Below, piece after piece: positions 1-13,485 of a stretch of 64,000 nt of DNA. The notes under the pieces were generated by a model. That model did no database searches and was not told where the DNA came from. It saw nothing but the letters and a program-made list of their open reading frames with translations. A program made the translations under genes and the position numbers. How positions within the stretch are numbered: the stretch's first letter is position 1; every line of letters starts with the position of its first letter. This stretch comes from Eledone cirrhosa (taxonomy: Eukaryota), in NCBI GenBank assembly GCA_964016885.1, contig OZ024740.1:108872001-108936000 (forward strand), in the 5' to 3' direction.

Positions 1-3000
1 TGACATAGGCAGTGTCTTTCATTAGAAATATAGTAATGAAAGGGTTGATGACATAGGCAGTGTCATCATTAGAAATATAGTAATGAAAGGGTTGATGACA
101 TAGGCAGTGTCATCATTAGAAATATAGTAATGAAAGGGTTGATGACATAGGCAGTGTCTTTCATTAGAAATATAGTAATGAAAGGGTTGATGACATAGGC
201 AGTGTCATCATTAGAAATATTGTACTGAATGGATTAATGACATAGGCAGTGTCTTTCATTAGAAATATTGTAATGAAAGGGTTGATGACACAGGCAGTGT
301 CTTTCATTAGAAATATTGTACTGAAAGGGTTGATGACATAGGCAGTGTGATCATTAGAAATATAGTAATGAAAGGGTTGATGACATAGGCTGTGTCTTTC
401 ATTAGAAATATTGTACTGAAAGGGTTGATGGCATAGGCAGTGTCATCATTAGAAATATAGTAATGAAAGGGTTGATGACATAGGCAGTGTCTTTCATTAG
501 AAATATAGTAATGAAAGGGTTGATGACACAGGCTGTGTCTTTCATTAGAAACATTGTACTGAATGGATTAATGACATAGGCAGTATCATCATTAGAAATA
601 TAGTAATGAAAGGGTTGATGACATAGGCAGTGTCATCATTAGAAATATAGTAAAGAAAGGGTTGATGACATAGGCAGTGTCTTTCATTAGAAATATTGTA
701 ATGAAAGGGTTGATGACATAGGCAGTGTCTTTCATTAGAAATATTGTAATGAAAGGGTTGATGACATAGGCAGTGTCATCATTAGAAATATAGTAATGAA
801 AGGGTTGATGACATAGGCAGTGTCTTTCATTAGAAATATAGTACTGAAAGGGTTGATGACATAGGCAGTGTCTTTCGTTAGAAATATAGTAATGAAAGGG
901 TTGATGACATAGGCAGTGTCTTTCATTAGAAATATAGTAATGAAAGGGTTGATGACATAGGCAGTGTCTTTCATTAGAAATATAGTAATGAAAGGGTTGA
1001 TGACATAGGCAGTGTCTTTCATTAGAAATATTGTAATGAAAGGGTTGATGACATAGGCAGTGTCTTTCATTAGAAATATTGTAATGAAAGGGTTGATGAC
1101 ATAGGCAGTGTCTTTCATTAGAAATATTGTACTGAATGGATTAATGACATAGGCAGTATCATCATTAGAAATATAGTAATGAAAGGGTTGATGACATAGG
1201 CAGTGTCATCATTAGAAATATAGTAATGAAAGGGTTGATGACATAGGCAGTGTCTTTCATTAGAAATATTGTAATGAAAGGGTTGATGACATAGGCAGTG
1301 TCTTTCATTAGAAATATTGTAATGAAAGGGTTGATGACATAGGCAGTGTCTTTCATTAGAAATATTGTACTGAATGGATTAATGACATAGGCAGTATCAT
1401 CATTAGAAATATAGTAATGAAAGGGTTGATGACATAGGCAGTGTCATCATTAGAAATATAGTAATGAAAGGGTTGATGACATAGGCAGTGTCTTTCATTA
1501 GAAATATTGTAATGAAAGGGTTGATGAAATAGGCAGTGTCTTTCATTAGAAATATTGTAATGAAAGGGTTGATGACATAGGCAGTGTCATCATTAGAAAT
1601 ATAGTAATGAAAGGGTTGATGACATAGGCAGTGTCTTTCATTAGAAATATAGTACTGAAAGGGTTGATGACATAGGCAGTGTCTTTCATTAGAAATATAG
1701 TAATGAAAGGGTTGATGACATAGGCAGTGTCTTTCATTAGAAATATAGTAATGAAAGGGTTGATGACATAGGCAGTGTCTTTCATTAGAAATATAGTAAT
1801 GAAAGGGTTGATGACATAGGCAGTGTCTTTCATTAGAAATATAGTAATGAAAGGGTTGATGACATAGGCAGTGTCTTTCATTAGAAATATTGTAATGAAA
1901 GGGTTGATGACATAGGCAGTGTCTTTCATTAGAAATATTGTAATGAAAGGGTTGATGACATAGGCAGTGTCTTTCATTAGAAATATAGTAATGAAAGGGT
2001 TGATGACATAGGCAGTGTCTGTCATTAGAAATATTGTAATGAAAGGGTTGATGACATAGGCAGTGTCTTTCATTAGAAATATTGTAATGAAAGGGTTGAT
2101 GACATAGGCAGTGTCTTTCATTAGAAATATAGTAATGAAAGGGTTGATGACATAGGCAGTGTCATCATTAGAAATATAGTAATGAAAGGGTTGATGACAT
2201 AGGCAGTGTCATCATTAGAAATATAGTAATGAAAGGGTTGATGACATAGGCAGTGTCTTTCATTAGAAATATAGTAATGAAAGGGTTGATGACATAGGCA
2301 GTGTCATCATTAGAAATATTGTACTGAATGGATTAATGACATAGGCAGTGTCTTTCATTAGAAATATTGTAATGAAAGGGTTGATGACACAGGCAGTGTC
2401 TTTCATTAGAAATATTGTACTGAAAGGGTTGATGACATAGGCAGTGTGATCATTAGAAATATAGTAATGAAAGGGTTGATGACATAGGCTGTGTCTTTCA
2501 TTAGACATATTGTACTGAATGGATTAATGACATAGGCAGTGTCTTTCCTTAGAAATATAGTAATGAAAGGGTTGATGACATAGGCAGTGTCTTTTATTAG
2601 AAATATTGTAATGAAAGGGTTGATGACATAGGCAGTGTCATCATTAGAAATATAGTAATGAAAGGGTTGATGACATAGGCAGTGTCTTTCATTAGAAATA
2701 TTGTACTGAAAGGGTTGATGGCATAGGCAGTGTCATCATTAGAAATATAGTAATGAAAGGGTTGATGACATAGGCAGTGTCTTTCATTAGAAATATAGTA
2801 ATGAAAGGGTTGATGACACAGGCTGTGTCTTTCATTAGAAATATTGTACTGAATGGATTAATGACATAGGCAGTATCATCATTAGAAATATAGTAATGAA
2901 AGGGTTGATGACATAGGCAGTGTCATCATTAGAAATATAGTAATGAAAGGGTTGATGACATAGGCAGTGTCATCATTAGAAATATAGTAATGAAAGGGTT

Positions 3001-6000
3001 GATGACATAGGCAGTGTCTTTCATTAGAAATATAGTACTGAAAGGGTTGATGACATAGGCAGTGTCTTTCGTTAGAAATATAGTAATGAAAGGGTTGATG
3101 ACATAGGCAGTGTCTTTCATTAGAAATATAGTAATGAAAGGGTTGATGACATAGGCAGTGTCTTTCATTAGAAATATAGTAATGAAAGGGTTGATGACAT
3201 AGGCAGTGTCTTTCATTAGAAATATTGTAATGAAAGGGTTGATGACATAGGCAGTGTCTTTCATTAGAAATATTGTAATGAAAGGGTTGATGACATAGGC
3301 AGTGTCTTTCATTAGAAATATTGTACTGAATGGATTAATGACATAGGCAGTATCATCATTAGAAATATAGTAATGAAAGGGTTGATGACATAGGCAGTGT
3401 CATCATTAGAAATATAGTAATGAAAGGGTTGATGACATAGGCAGTGTCTTTCATTAGAAATATTGTAATGAAAGGGTTGATGACATAGGCAGTGTCTTTC
3501 ATTAGAAATATTGTAATGAAAGGGTTGATGACATAGGCAGTGTCTTTCATTAGAAATATTGTACTGAATGGATTAATGACATAGGCAGTATCATCATTAG
3601 AAATATAGTAATGAAAGGGTTGATGACATAGGCAGTGTCATCATTAGAAATATAGTAATGAAAGGGTTGATGACATAGGCAGTGTCTTTCATTAGAAATA
3701 TTGTAATGAAAGGGTTGATGACATAGGCAGTGTCTTTCATTAGAAATATTGTAATGAAAGGGTTGATGACATAGGCAGTGTCATCATTAGAAATATAGTA
3801 ATGAAAGGGTTGATGACATAGGCAGTGTCTTTCATTAGAAATATAGTACTGAAAGGGTTGATGACATAGGCAGTGTCTTTCATTAGAAATATAGTAATGA
3901 AAGGGTTGATGACATAGGCAGTGTCTTTCATTAGAAATATAGTAATGAAAGGGTTGATGACATAGGCAGTGTCTTTCATTAGAAATATAGTAATGAAAGG
4001 GTTGATGACATAGGCAGTGTCTTTCATTAGAAATATTGTAATGAAAGGGTTGATGACATAGGCAGTGTCTTTCATTAGAAATATTGTAATGAAAGGGTTG
4101 ATGACATAGGCAGTGTCTTTCATTAGAAATATAGTAATGAAAGGGTTGATGACATAGGCAGTGTCTTTCATTAGAAATATTGTAATGAAAGGGTTGATGA
4201 CATAGGCAGTGTCTTTCATTAGAAATATTGTAATGAAAGGGTTGATGACATAGGCAGTGTCTTTCATTAGAAATATAGTAATGAAAGGGTTGATGACATA
4301 GGCAGTGTCATCATTAGAAATATAGTAATGAAAGGGTTGATGACATAGGCAGTGTCATCATTAGAAATATAGTAATGAAAGGGTTGATGACATAGGCAGT
4401 GTCTTTCATTAGAAATATAGTAATGAAAGGGTTGATGACATAGGCAGTGTCATCATTAGAAATATTGTACTGAATGGATTAATGACATAGGCAGTGTCTT
4501 TCATTAGAAATATTGTAATGAAAGGGTTGATGACACAGGCAGTGTCTTTCATTAGAAATATTGTACTGAAAGGGTTGATGACATAGGCAGTGTGATCATT
4601 AGAAATATAGTAATGAAAGGGTTGATGACATAGGCTGTGTCTTTCATTAGAAATATTGTACTGAATGGATTAATGACATAGGCAGTGTCTTTCCTTAGAA
4701 ATATAGTAATGAAAGGGTTGATGACATAGGCAGTGTCTTTCATTAGAAATATTGTAATGAAAGGGTTGATGACATAGGCAGTGTCATCATTAGAAATATA
4801 GTAATGAAAGGGTTGATGACATAGGCAGTGTCATTCATTAGAAATATAGTAATGAAAGGGTTGATGACATAGGCTGTGTCTTTCATTAGAAATATTGTAC
4901 TGAATGGATTAATGACATAGGCAGTATCATCATTAGAAATATAGTAATGAAAGGGTTGATGACATAGGCAGTGTCATCATTAGAAATATAGTAATGAAAG
5001 GGTTGATGACATAGGCAGTGTCTTTCATTAGAAATATTGTAATGAAAGGGTTGATGACATAGGCAGTGCCTTTCATTAGAAATATTGTAATGAAAGGGTT
5101 GATGACATAGGCAGTGTCATCATTAGAAATATAGTAATGAAAGGGTTGATGACATAGGCAGTGTCTTTCATTAGAAATATAGTACTGAAAGGGTTGATGA
5201 CATAGGCAGTGTCTTTCATTAGAAATATAGTAATGAAAGGGTTGATGACATAGGCAGTGTCTTTCATTAGAAATATAGTAATGAAAGGGTTGATGACATA
5301 GGCAGTGTCTTTCATTAGAAATATAGTAATGAAAGGGTTGATGACATAGGCAGTGTCTTTCATTAGAAATATTGTAATGAAAGGGTTGATGACATAGGCA
5401 GTGTCTTTCATTAGAAATATTGTAATGAAAGGGTTGATGACATAGGCAGTGTCTTTCATTAGAAATATAGTAATGAAAGGGTTGATGACATAGGCAGTGT
5501 CTTTCATTAGAAATATTGTAATGAAAGGGTTGATGACATAGGCAGTGTCTTTCATTAGAAATATTGTAATGAAAGGGTTGATGACATAGGCAGTGTCTTT
5601 CATTAGAAATATAGTAATGAAAGGGTTGATGACATAGGCAGTGTCTTTCATTAGAAATATTGTAATGAAAGGGTTGATGACATAGGCAGTGTCTTTCATT
5701 AGAAATATTGTAATGAAAGGGTTGATGACATAGGCAGTGTCTTTCATTAGAAATATAGTAATGAAAGGGTTGATGACATAGGCAGTGTCATCATTAGAAA
5801 TATAGTAATGAAAGGGTTGATGACATAGGCAGTGTCATCATTAGAAATATAGTAATGAAAGGGTTGATGACATAGGCAGTGTCTTTCATTAGAAATATAG
5901 TAATGAAAGGGTTGATGACATAGGCAGTGTCATCATTAGAAATATTGTACTGAATGGATTAATGACATAGGCAGTGTCTTTCATTAGAAATATTGTAATG

Positions 6001-9000
6001 AAAGGGTTGATGACACAGGCAGTGTCTTTCATTAGAAATATTGTACTGAAATGGTTGATGACATAGGCAGTGTGATCATTAGAAATATAGTAATGAAAGG
6101 GTTGATGACATAGGCTGTGTCTTTCATTAGAAATATTGTACTGAATGGATTAATGACATAGGCAGTGTCTTTCCTTAGAAATATAGTAATGAAAGGGTTG
6201 ATGACATAGGCAGTGTCTTTTATTAGAAATATTGTAATGAAAGGGTTGATGACATAGGCAGTGTCATCATTAGAAATATAGTAATGAAAGGGTTGATGAC
6301 ATAGGCAGTGTCTTTCATTAGAAATATTGTACTGAAAGGGTTGATGGCATAGGCAGTGTCATCATTAGAAATATAGTAATGAAAGGGTTGATGACATAGG
6401 CAGTGTCTTTCATTAGAAATATAGTAATGAAAGGGTTGATGACACAGGCTGTGTCTTTCATTAGAAATATTGTACTGAATGGATTAATGACATAGGCAGT
6501 ATCATCATTAGAAATATAGTAATGAAAGGGTTGATGACATAGGCAGTGTCATCATTAGAAATATAGTAATGAAAGGGTTGATGACATAGGCAGTGTCTTT
6601 CATTAGAAATATTGTAATGAAAGGGTTGATGACATAGGCAGTGTCTTTCATTAGAAATATTGTAATGAAAGGGTTGATGACATAGGCAGTGTCATCATTA
6701 GAAATATAGTAATGAAAGGGTTGATGACATAGGCAGTGTCTTTCATTAGAAATATAGTACTGAAAGGGTTGATGACATAGGCAGTGTCTTTCGTTAGAAA
6801 TATAGTAATGAAAGGGTTGATGACATAGGCAGTGTCTTTCATTAGAAATATAGTAATGAAAGGGTTGATGACATAGGCAGTGTCTTTCATTAGAAATATA
6901 GTAATGAAAGGGTTGATGACATAGGCAGTGTCTTTCATTAGAAATATTGTAATGAAAGGGTTGATGACATAGGCAGTGTCTTTCATTAGAAATATTGTAA
7001 TGAAAGGGTTGATGACATAGGCAGTGTCTTTCATTAGAAATATTGTACTGAATGGATTAATGACATAGGCAGTATCATCATTAGAAATATAGTAATGAAA
7101 GGGTTGATGACATAGGCAGTGTCATCATTAGAAATATAGTAATGAAAGGGTTGATGACATAGGCAGTGTCTTTCATTAGAAATATTGTAATGAAAGGGTT
7201 GATGACATAGGCAGTGTCTTTCATTAGAAATATTGTAATGAAAGGGTTGATGACATAGGCAGTGTCTTTCATTAGAAATATTGTACTGAATGGATTAATG
7301 ACATAGGCAGTATCATCATTAGAAATATAGTAATGAAAGGGTTGATGACATAGGCAGTGTCATCATTAGAAATATAGTAATGAAAGGGTTGATGACATAG
7401 GCAGTGTCTTTCATTAGAAATATTGTAATGAAAGGGTTGATGACATAGGCAGTGTCTTTCATTAGAAATATTGTAATGAAAGGGTTGATGACATAGGCAG
7501 TGTCATCATTAGAAATATAGTAATGAAAGGGTTGATGACATAGGCAGTGTCTTTCATTAGAAATATAGTACTGAAAGGGTTGATGACATAGGCAGTGTCT
7601 TTCATTAGAAATATAGTAATGAAAGGGTTGATGACATAGGCAGTGTCTTTCATTAGAAATATAGTAATGAAAGGGTTGATGACATAGGCAGTGTCTTTCA
7701 TTAGAAATATAGTAATGAAAGGGTTGATGACATAGGCAGTGTCTTTCATTAGAAATATTGTAATGAAAGGGTTGATGACATAGGCAGTGTCTTTCATTAG
7801 AAATATTGTAATGAAAGGGTTGATGACATAGGCAGTGTCTTTCATTAGAAATATAGTAATGAAAGGGTTGATGACATAGGCAGTGTCTTTCATTAGAAAT
7901 ATTGTAATGAAAGGGTTGATGACATAGGCAGTGTCTTTCATTAGAAATATTGTAATGAAAGGGTTGATGACATAGGCAGTGTCTTTCATTAGAAATATAG
8001 TAATGAAAGGGTTGATGACATAGGCAGTGTCATCATTAGAAATATAGTAATGAAAGGGTTGATGACATAGGCAGTGTCATCATTAGAAATATAGTAATGA
8101 AAGGGTTGATGACATTAGGCAGTGTCTTTCATTAGAAATATAGTAATGAAAGGGTTGATGACATAGGCAGTGTCATCATTAGAAATATTGTACTGAATGG
8201 ATTAATGACATAGGCAGTGTCTTTCATTAGAAATATTGTAATGAAAGGGTTGATGACATAGGCAGTGTCTTTCATTAGAAATATTGTACTGAAAGGGTTG
8301 ATGACATAGGCAGTGTGATCATTAGAAATATAGTAATGAAAGGGTTGATGACATAGGCTGTGTCTTTCATTAGAAATATTGTACTGAATGGATTAATGAC
8401 ATAGGCAGTGTCTTTCCTTAGAAATATAGTAATGAAAGGGTTGATGACATAGGCAGTGTCTTTCATTAGAAATATTGTAATGAAAGGGTTGATGACATAG
8501 GCAGTGTCATCATTAGAAATATAGTAATGAAAGGGTTGATGACATAGGCAGTGTCTTTCATTAGAAATATTGTACTGAAAGGGTTGATGGCATAGGCAGT
8601 GTCATCATTAGAAATATAGTAATGAAAGGGTTGATGACATAGGCAGTGTCTTTCATTAGAAATATAGTAATGAAAGGGTTGATGACATAGGCTGTGTCTT
8701 TCATTAGAAATATTGTACTGAATGGATTAATGACATAGGCAGTATCATCATTAGAAATATAGTAATGAAAGGGTTGATGACATAGGCAGTGTCATCATTA
8801 GAAATATAGTAATGAAAGGGTTGATGACATAGGCAGTGTCTTTCATTAGAAATATTGTAATGAAAGGGTTGATGACATAGGCAGTGTCTTTCATTAGAAA
8901 TATTGTAATGAAAGGGTTGATGACATAGGCAGTGTCATCATTAGAAATATAGTAATGAAAGGGTTGATGACATAGGCAGTGTCTTTCATTAGAAATATAG

Positions 9001-9828
9001 TACTGAAAGGGTTGATGACATAGGCAGTGTCTTTCATTAGAAATATAGTAATGAAAGGGTTGATGACATAGGCAGTGTCTTTCATTAGAAATATAGTAAT
9101 GAAAGGGTTGATGACATAGGCAGTGTCTTTCATTAGAAATATAGTAATGAAAGGGTTGATGACATAGGCAGTGTCTTTCATTAGAAATATTGTAATGAAA
9201 GGGTTGATGACATAGGCAGTGTCTTTCATTAGAAATATTGTAATGAAAGGGTTGATGACATAGGCAGTGTCTTTCATTAGAAATATAGTAATGAAAGGGT
9301 TGATGACATAGGCAGTGTCTTTCATTAGAAATATTGTAATGAAAGGGTTGATGACATAGGCAGTGTCTTTCATTAGAAATATTGTAATGAAAGGGTTGAT
9401 GACATAGGCAGTGTCTTTCATTAGAAATATAGTAATGAAAGGGTTGATGACATAGGCAGTGTCTTTCATTAGAAATATTGTAATGAAAGGGTTGATGACA
9501 TAGGCAGTGTCTTTCATTAGAAATATTGTAATGAAAGGGTTGATGACATAGGCAGTGTCTTTCATTAGAAATATTGTACTGAATGGATTAATGACATAGG
9601 CAGTGTCATCATTAGAAATATTGTAATGAAAGGGTTGATGACATAGGCAGTGTCATCATTAGAAATATAGTAATGAAAGGGTTGATGACATAGGCTGTGT
9701 CTTTCATTAGAAATATAGTAATGAAAGGATTAATGACATAGGCAGTGTCATCATTAGAAATATAGTACTGAAAGGGTTGATGACATAGGCAGTGTCTTTC
9801 ATTAGAAATGAGGTAAGTAAAGGGTTAA
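1..9828. repeat. 47/48-bp tandem minisatellite (~200 units, continues off the left edge)
   Basis: Consensus TGACATAGGCAGTGTCTTTCATTAGAAATATAGTAATGAAAGGGTTGA (48 bp); 47-bp variant with GTCATCATT. The last unit, 9781-9828, ends ...GTAAAGGGTTAA. The MKDTAYVINPFITIFL ORFs are translations of the monomer. Confidence 0.98.
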
Positions 9829-10288
9829 TATAATTTCTAATATCATATCTAATTATTTTCTGTATTCACAAATGAGATTATAACATTAAAAAATATTAAT
9901 TTTTTAACTATATCTTAACTATAATAAAGAAAGGAGTGTGGGACTGCATCCAGAATATAATTTTTTATCTCGTTTGTATTACTTTGAATAAATAATGAAT
10001 GAATATTAAATAATTTATCTGCTAAATTTCGTAGCTTTTGATTAAATATATTTTATTGCTTATTTAAAGATTCACTTCTTTAAAACTTTCAAATGTCAAC
10101 ACTTCCGGTTAGTGATTGCTTAAATAAACATTCATATATTTCCGTCACTTATTTTTTCCTAATGCAGTTTATATATAGTATCGTCTTTTTTAATGTATCA
10201 TGGATTACGTTACTGATTACATAAGACAGTGTAACGCAGTCTTCGTTCAATTTCTGTGTATATTGTCAATTACGATTTTATTTGATGT

Positions 10289-12866
10289 ATCATCATCATC
10301 ATTTTACGTCCGCTTTTCCCTGCTTGCAAGGATGGGATGGGTCCTATTCAGCACAGCATCTCTCCATTTATCACGGTCCTTCTTATCTCCACTGTGAGCT
10401 TCAGCAATCTGAGATCTGTTCTCACCACCTCCGCCCATGTTTTTCGTGATCTACCTCTACCACGTCTTCCTTCAACTCGCATTTCCTGGCACTTCTTCAC
10501 CCATCGGTCATCCTCTATGCGCATCACATGTCCATACCATCGCAGTCTCCTCTCTTCCACACTACAATCTATCCCTCTCAGACACAGTTTCTCTGTCAAC
10601 ACATCCATGCTCGGTCGTTCACGCACATTGACTTTGCACATCCAACGGAGCATGTTTACCTCATTTCTCTCCAGCCATCGCATATCCTCTGCAGTTACTG
10701 CCCATATCTCACTACTATGCAGCATCGCACTCCTCACACAGGCATCATATAACTGGCCTTTCATACGCAGGGAGAAACCCTTCTTCGTCAGCAGAGGAAG
10801 CAGCTCTCTAAACTTCTTCCAACCCATCCTTATTCTAGATACTATGGCCTCGGAACATCCCCCTCCCATGCTAATCTGATCTCCTAGGTACCGGAAGCTG
10901 TCAACCATTTCTATAGCACCCACCTGCATTTGAAAAATGTGTCTATCAATGCGACTTCTACTGTCTAATTTCCCTGTACATCTACTGCATACGGATTTTC
11001 CCCTACCTGTTAGTTTGCCTGCTATCCCACTACATCTCTTGTGTACCCAAGATCTGCATCGTGTGCATTTTATAGAATTTATGCCAGTTCCTTTTCTGCA
11101 TATCGAACATGGCCATTACCCTGACGGAATCAGAGTTTTGTCCTCTTTTCTACTCATCAACACTTTTGTCTTAGTTAGGTTCACTCTCAGTCCTCTTGAT
11201 TCCAACTGCTGTTTCCATAGCCAGAATTTATTCTCTAGCTCCTCTACTGATTCTGCTATAAGAACCAGATTGTCAGCATAGAGAAGGTCCCATGGACAGC
11301 CAGTCTTAAACTCCCCTGTTATGGCTTGGAGGACTATAATGAACAAGAGCGTGCTGAGGACCGAACCCTGATGTACTCCTACTTGTATCTGGAATTCCTC
11401 ACTAAACTCGATTCCTACCCTCACTTTACTGACAGCACCTCTGTACAAAGTTTGCATTGTCCACACAAGCCATTCTTCAACACCTAGTTTCCTTAGGGAC
11501 CACAAGATGACAGATCAGGGTACCCTATCAAAGGCCTTTTCTAGGTCAACAAAAGCTAAGTATAGTGGCTTATTCTTATCTAAGAACCTCTCTTGTAATT
11601 GTCTCACTAAGAAGAGGGCATCTTGTACTTTTCCCAGGCACAAAACCAAACTGCATCTCATCTAGTTTGACCCTTTCTCTAATTAGTTGTGCTAATATCC
11701 TTTCTGCCACTTTCATAACCTGATCCATCAGTTTTATACCCCTATAATAGTCTTTTGTCTCTAATGGCCCTATCTACCGTGCTGTTCTACCACCAGGTCA
11801 CTCTCTGTCTGGTTGGAGCTCTGCTCCAGCAACAAGTTTCATCAGTAGCCTGCAGTAAGTTGTCACGTAAGAAATTCCAGTTATCATCTATGTCATACGA
11901 CTCTAAATCGTCTTCTTTTTCATCATACACATCTTGAAGGGCTTTCCTAAATTTGTATTTTAGTGAAAGGTCTTTTAGCTTCCAGACCTTTCTTCCCCAC
12001 ACCTTCCTGTATGTCTCATTCCGTCTCTTGTTTACTGAAATACCACTAACGACTAACCTATGCTGTGGGGGTACATTCTTCCCCAGGGTATGCCTTGGTA
12101 TTTGACACCATCTGCCTGTCCCACTGCCTAATTAGTAAGAAGTCAATCTGGCTTATGTGCTCGCCTGATTTGTGGGTTATTAGGTGGTTGGGTTATTTGT
12201 GGGTTATTAGGTGGTTTGTGGGTTATTAGGTGATTGTGGGTTATTAGGTGGTTGTGGGTTATTAGGTGCATCACAAAATTCAAGAAGTCTCACTCCTTCA
12301 TTTCTTGAGTTGTAACTGTGTCCACCATGTACCCCAGTGTAACCATCCTGGAGCTGTATAACGATGTCTCCGTCCTCTGTCATTGCGGCTGTTTGTAAAA
12401 GTTGCTCGTAAAAGCAGTCTTTCTCTTCTTTACCTAGGCATGCTTGGGGAGCATAGGGAGAGATGATTGTCAGTAGTCTTCTGCCTACAACTAATCTAAG
12501 CTTAATTATTATATTATTAACTTGAACTACCTCTATTGTCTTATTGATCCATCTCTCAGCCAGGAAAATGCCTACTCCCCCTACCCAGAAAAGCCTATAA
12601 CTAAGATGTTTGCCTACGATTAGTCTCGCAGAGGCACCTCTCCATCTCACCTCTTGCACGCAGCACACATCCACATGCCTTCTCTCCAGCATCTCAGCTA
12701 ATTCACCAGATCTACCTGCGAGAGTGCCAACATTAAGTGTTGCAACTCTGAGATGCGACTTCTTCATATTTTTGTTCCTTTTCCTGTAGTGCGATTGCTT
12801 GAAGACGGTTGGGGGGGGGGGGGGGGGGGTTCTTGCACATGGCCGCACCAGCCACTCCACTACCGT
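10289..12866 (-). mobile_element. RTE-clade LINE (family 1), near full-length, degenerate, internally deleted
   Basis: APE start LRVATLNVGTL..CVQEVRW (12207-12881); RT GVHQGSVLS..YADN (11116-11505); C-terminal RRLRWYGHVMR..RGRGR (10348-10929); (ATG)n tail at 10289-10302; frameshifts; ~580 bp missing at ~11750 relative to the 38641-41132 copy. Confidence 0.93.
12170..12268. repeat. 18-bp tandem repeat (TTGTGGGTTATTAGGTGG) inside the RTE endonuclease region
   Basis: About 5 imperfect units seen directly; absent from the paralogous copy at ~40440. Confidence 0.85.
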
Positions 12867-13294
12867 GCACAGCCCTAACATGGTTAGTGTTATTGCTGTT
12901 TACGCAGTTATTGCGAAATATATTTGTTGCTGTGCTCATAATTGTTTTGGCATTAATACACTGGTTGGATGCCCTTCCTAACACCAATGCCACTTTACAG
13001 CATGGACTGGGTGCTTTTATTCGTGCCACCAACACTAGAGAGGATGTCTTACTGGACTCATGGGCCCTCTCTACCCCTCCATTTTACAGCATAATATAAA
13101 TATATACACAACACAGGTTAGCAGAAAAACACCCGAAGGGTGGTTTTTCTGCTAGTATTAATAATGGATTGTGACTGATTTTTTTGCAAAAACGTGTCAA
13201 GAATAAAAAGATTTAATTTCATCTTTGCTGTTTGTTGTATTACTATTTTTGTGCTCGGTGTCACCACATTTCTACAGCTTATCAAATATATTTA

Positions 13295-13485
13295 CAGATT
13301 ATAACTATGAACCTGCTGGCAGAGTCCTTTTCTGGAAACCTGATGTGTGCAGATGAGTTGGGAGGCCAACCACAACGCTGAAGGATGTTCTTGAAGATAA
13401 TATTGGGGAGAGGCAGGGAAAATTCAATGCTAGACAGGGTGAGCTGGAGGAGGAACTTTGCCATGGCATCGGTGATGGATGTATA
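13295..13485 (+). mobile_element. Old RTE/RTE-X-like LINE C-terminal fragment
   Basis: Plus strand reads YEPAGRVLFWKPDVCR*VGRPTTTLKDVLEDNIG..MLDRVSWRR, matching the LxWxP..GRP..MxDR..W C-terminus of RTE-type ORFs. Confidence 0.6.

Noticed and set aside
1-9828. CRISPR array, or a repetitive protein gene (MKDTAYVINPFITIFL ORFs)
   Set aside because: No unique spacers and no cas genes; 47-bp units shift the frame at random, so the ORFs are by-products of a stop-free 48-bp monomer.
10080-10290. Promoter-like ACTTCCGG (ETS) motif and ORF 10200-10397
   Set aside because: Single short motif; the ORF runs into the antisense RTE tail; no supporting exon structure.
12810-12828. G-run as a functional G-quadruplex element
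   Set aside because: Homopolymer expansion of a G5 seen in the paralogous RTE copy (~41090); homopolymer lengths are unreliable.
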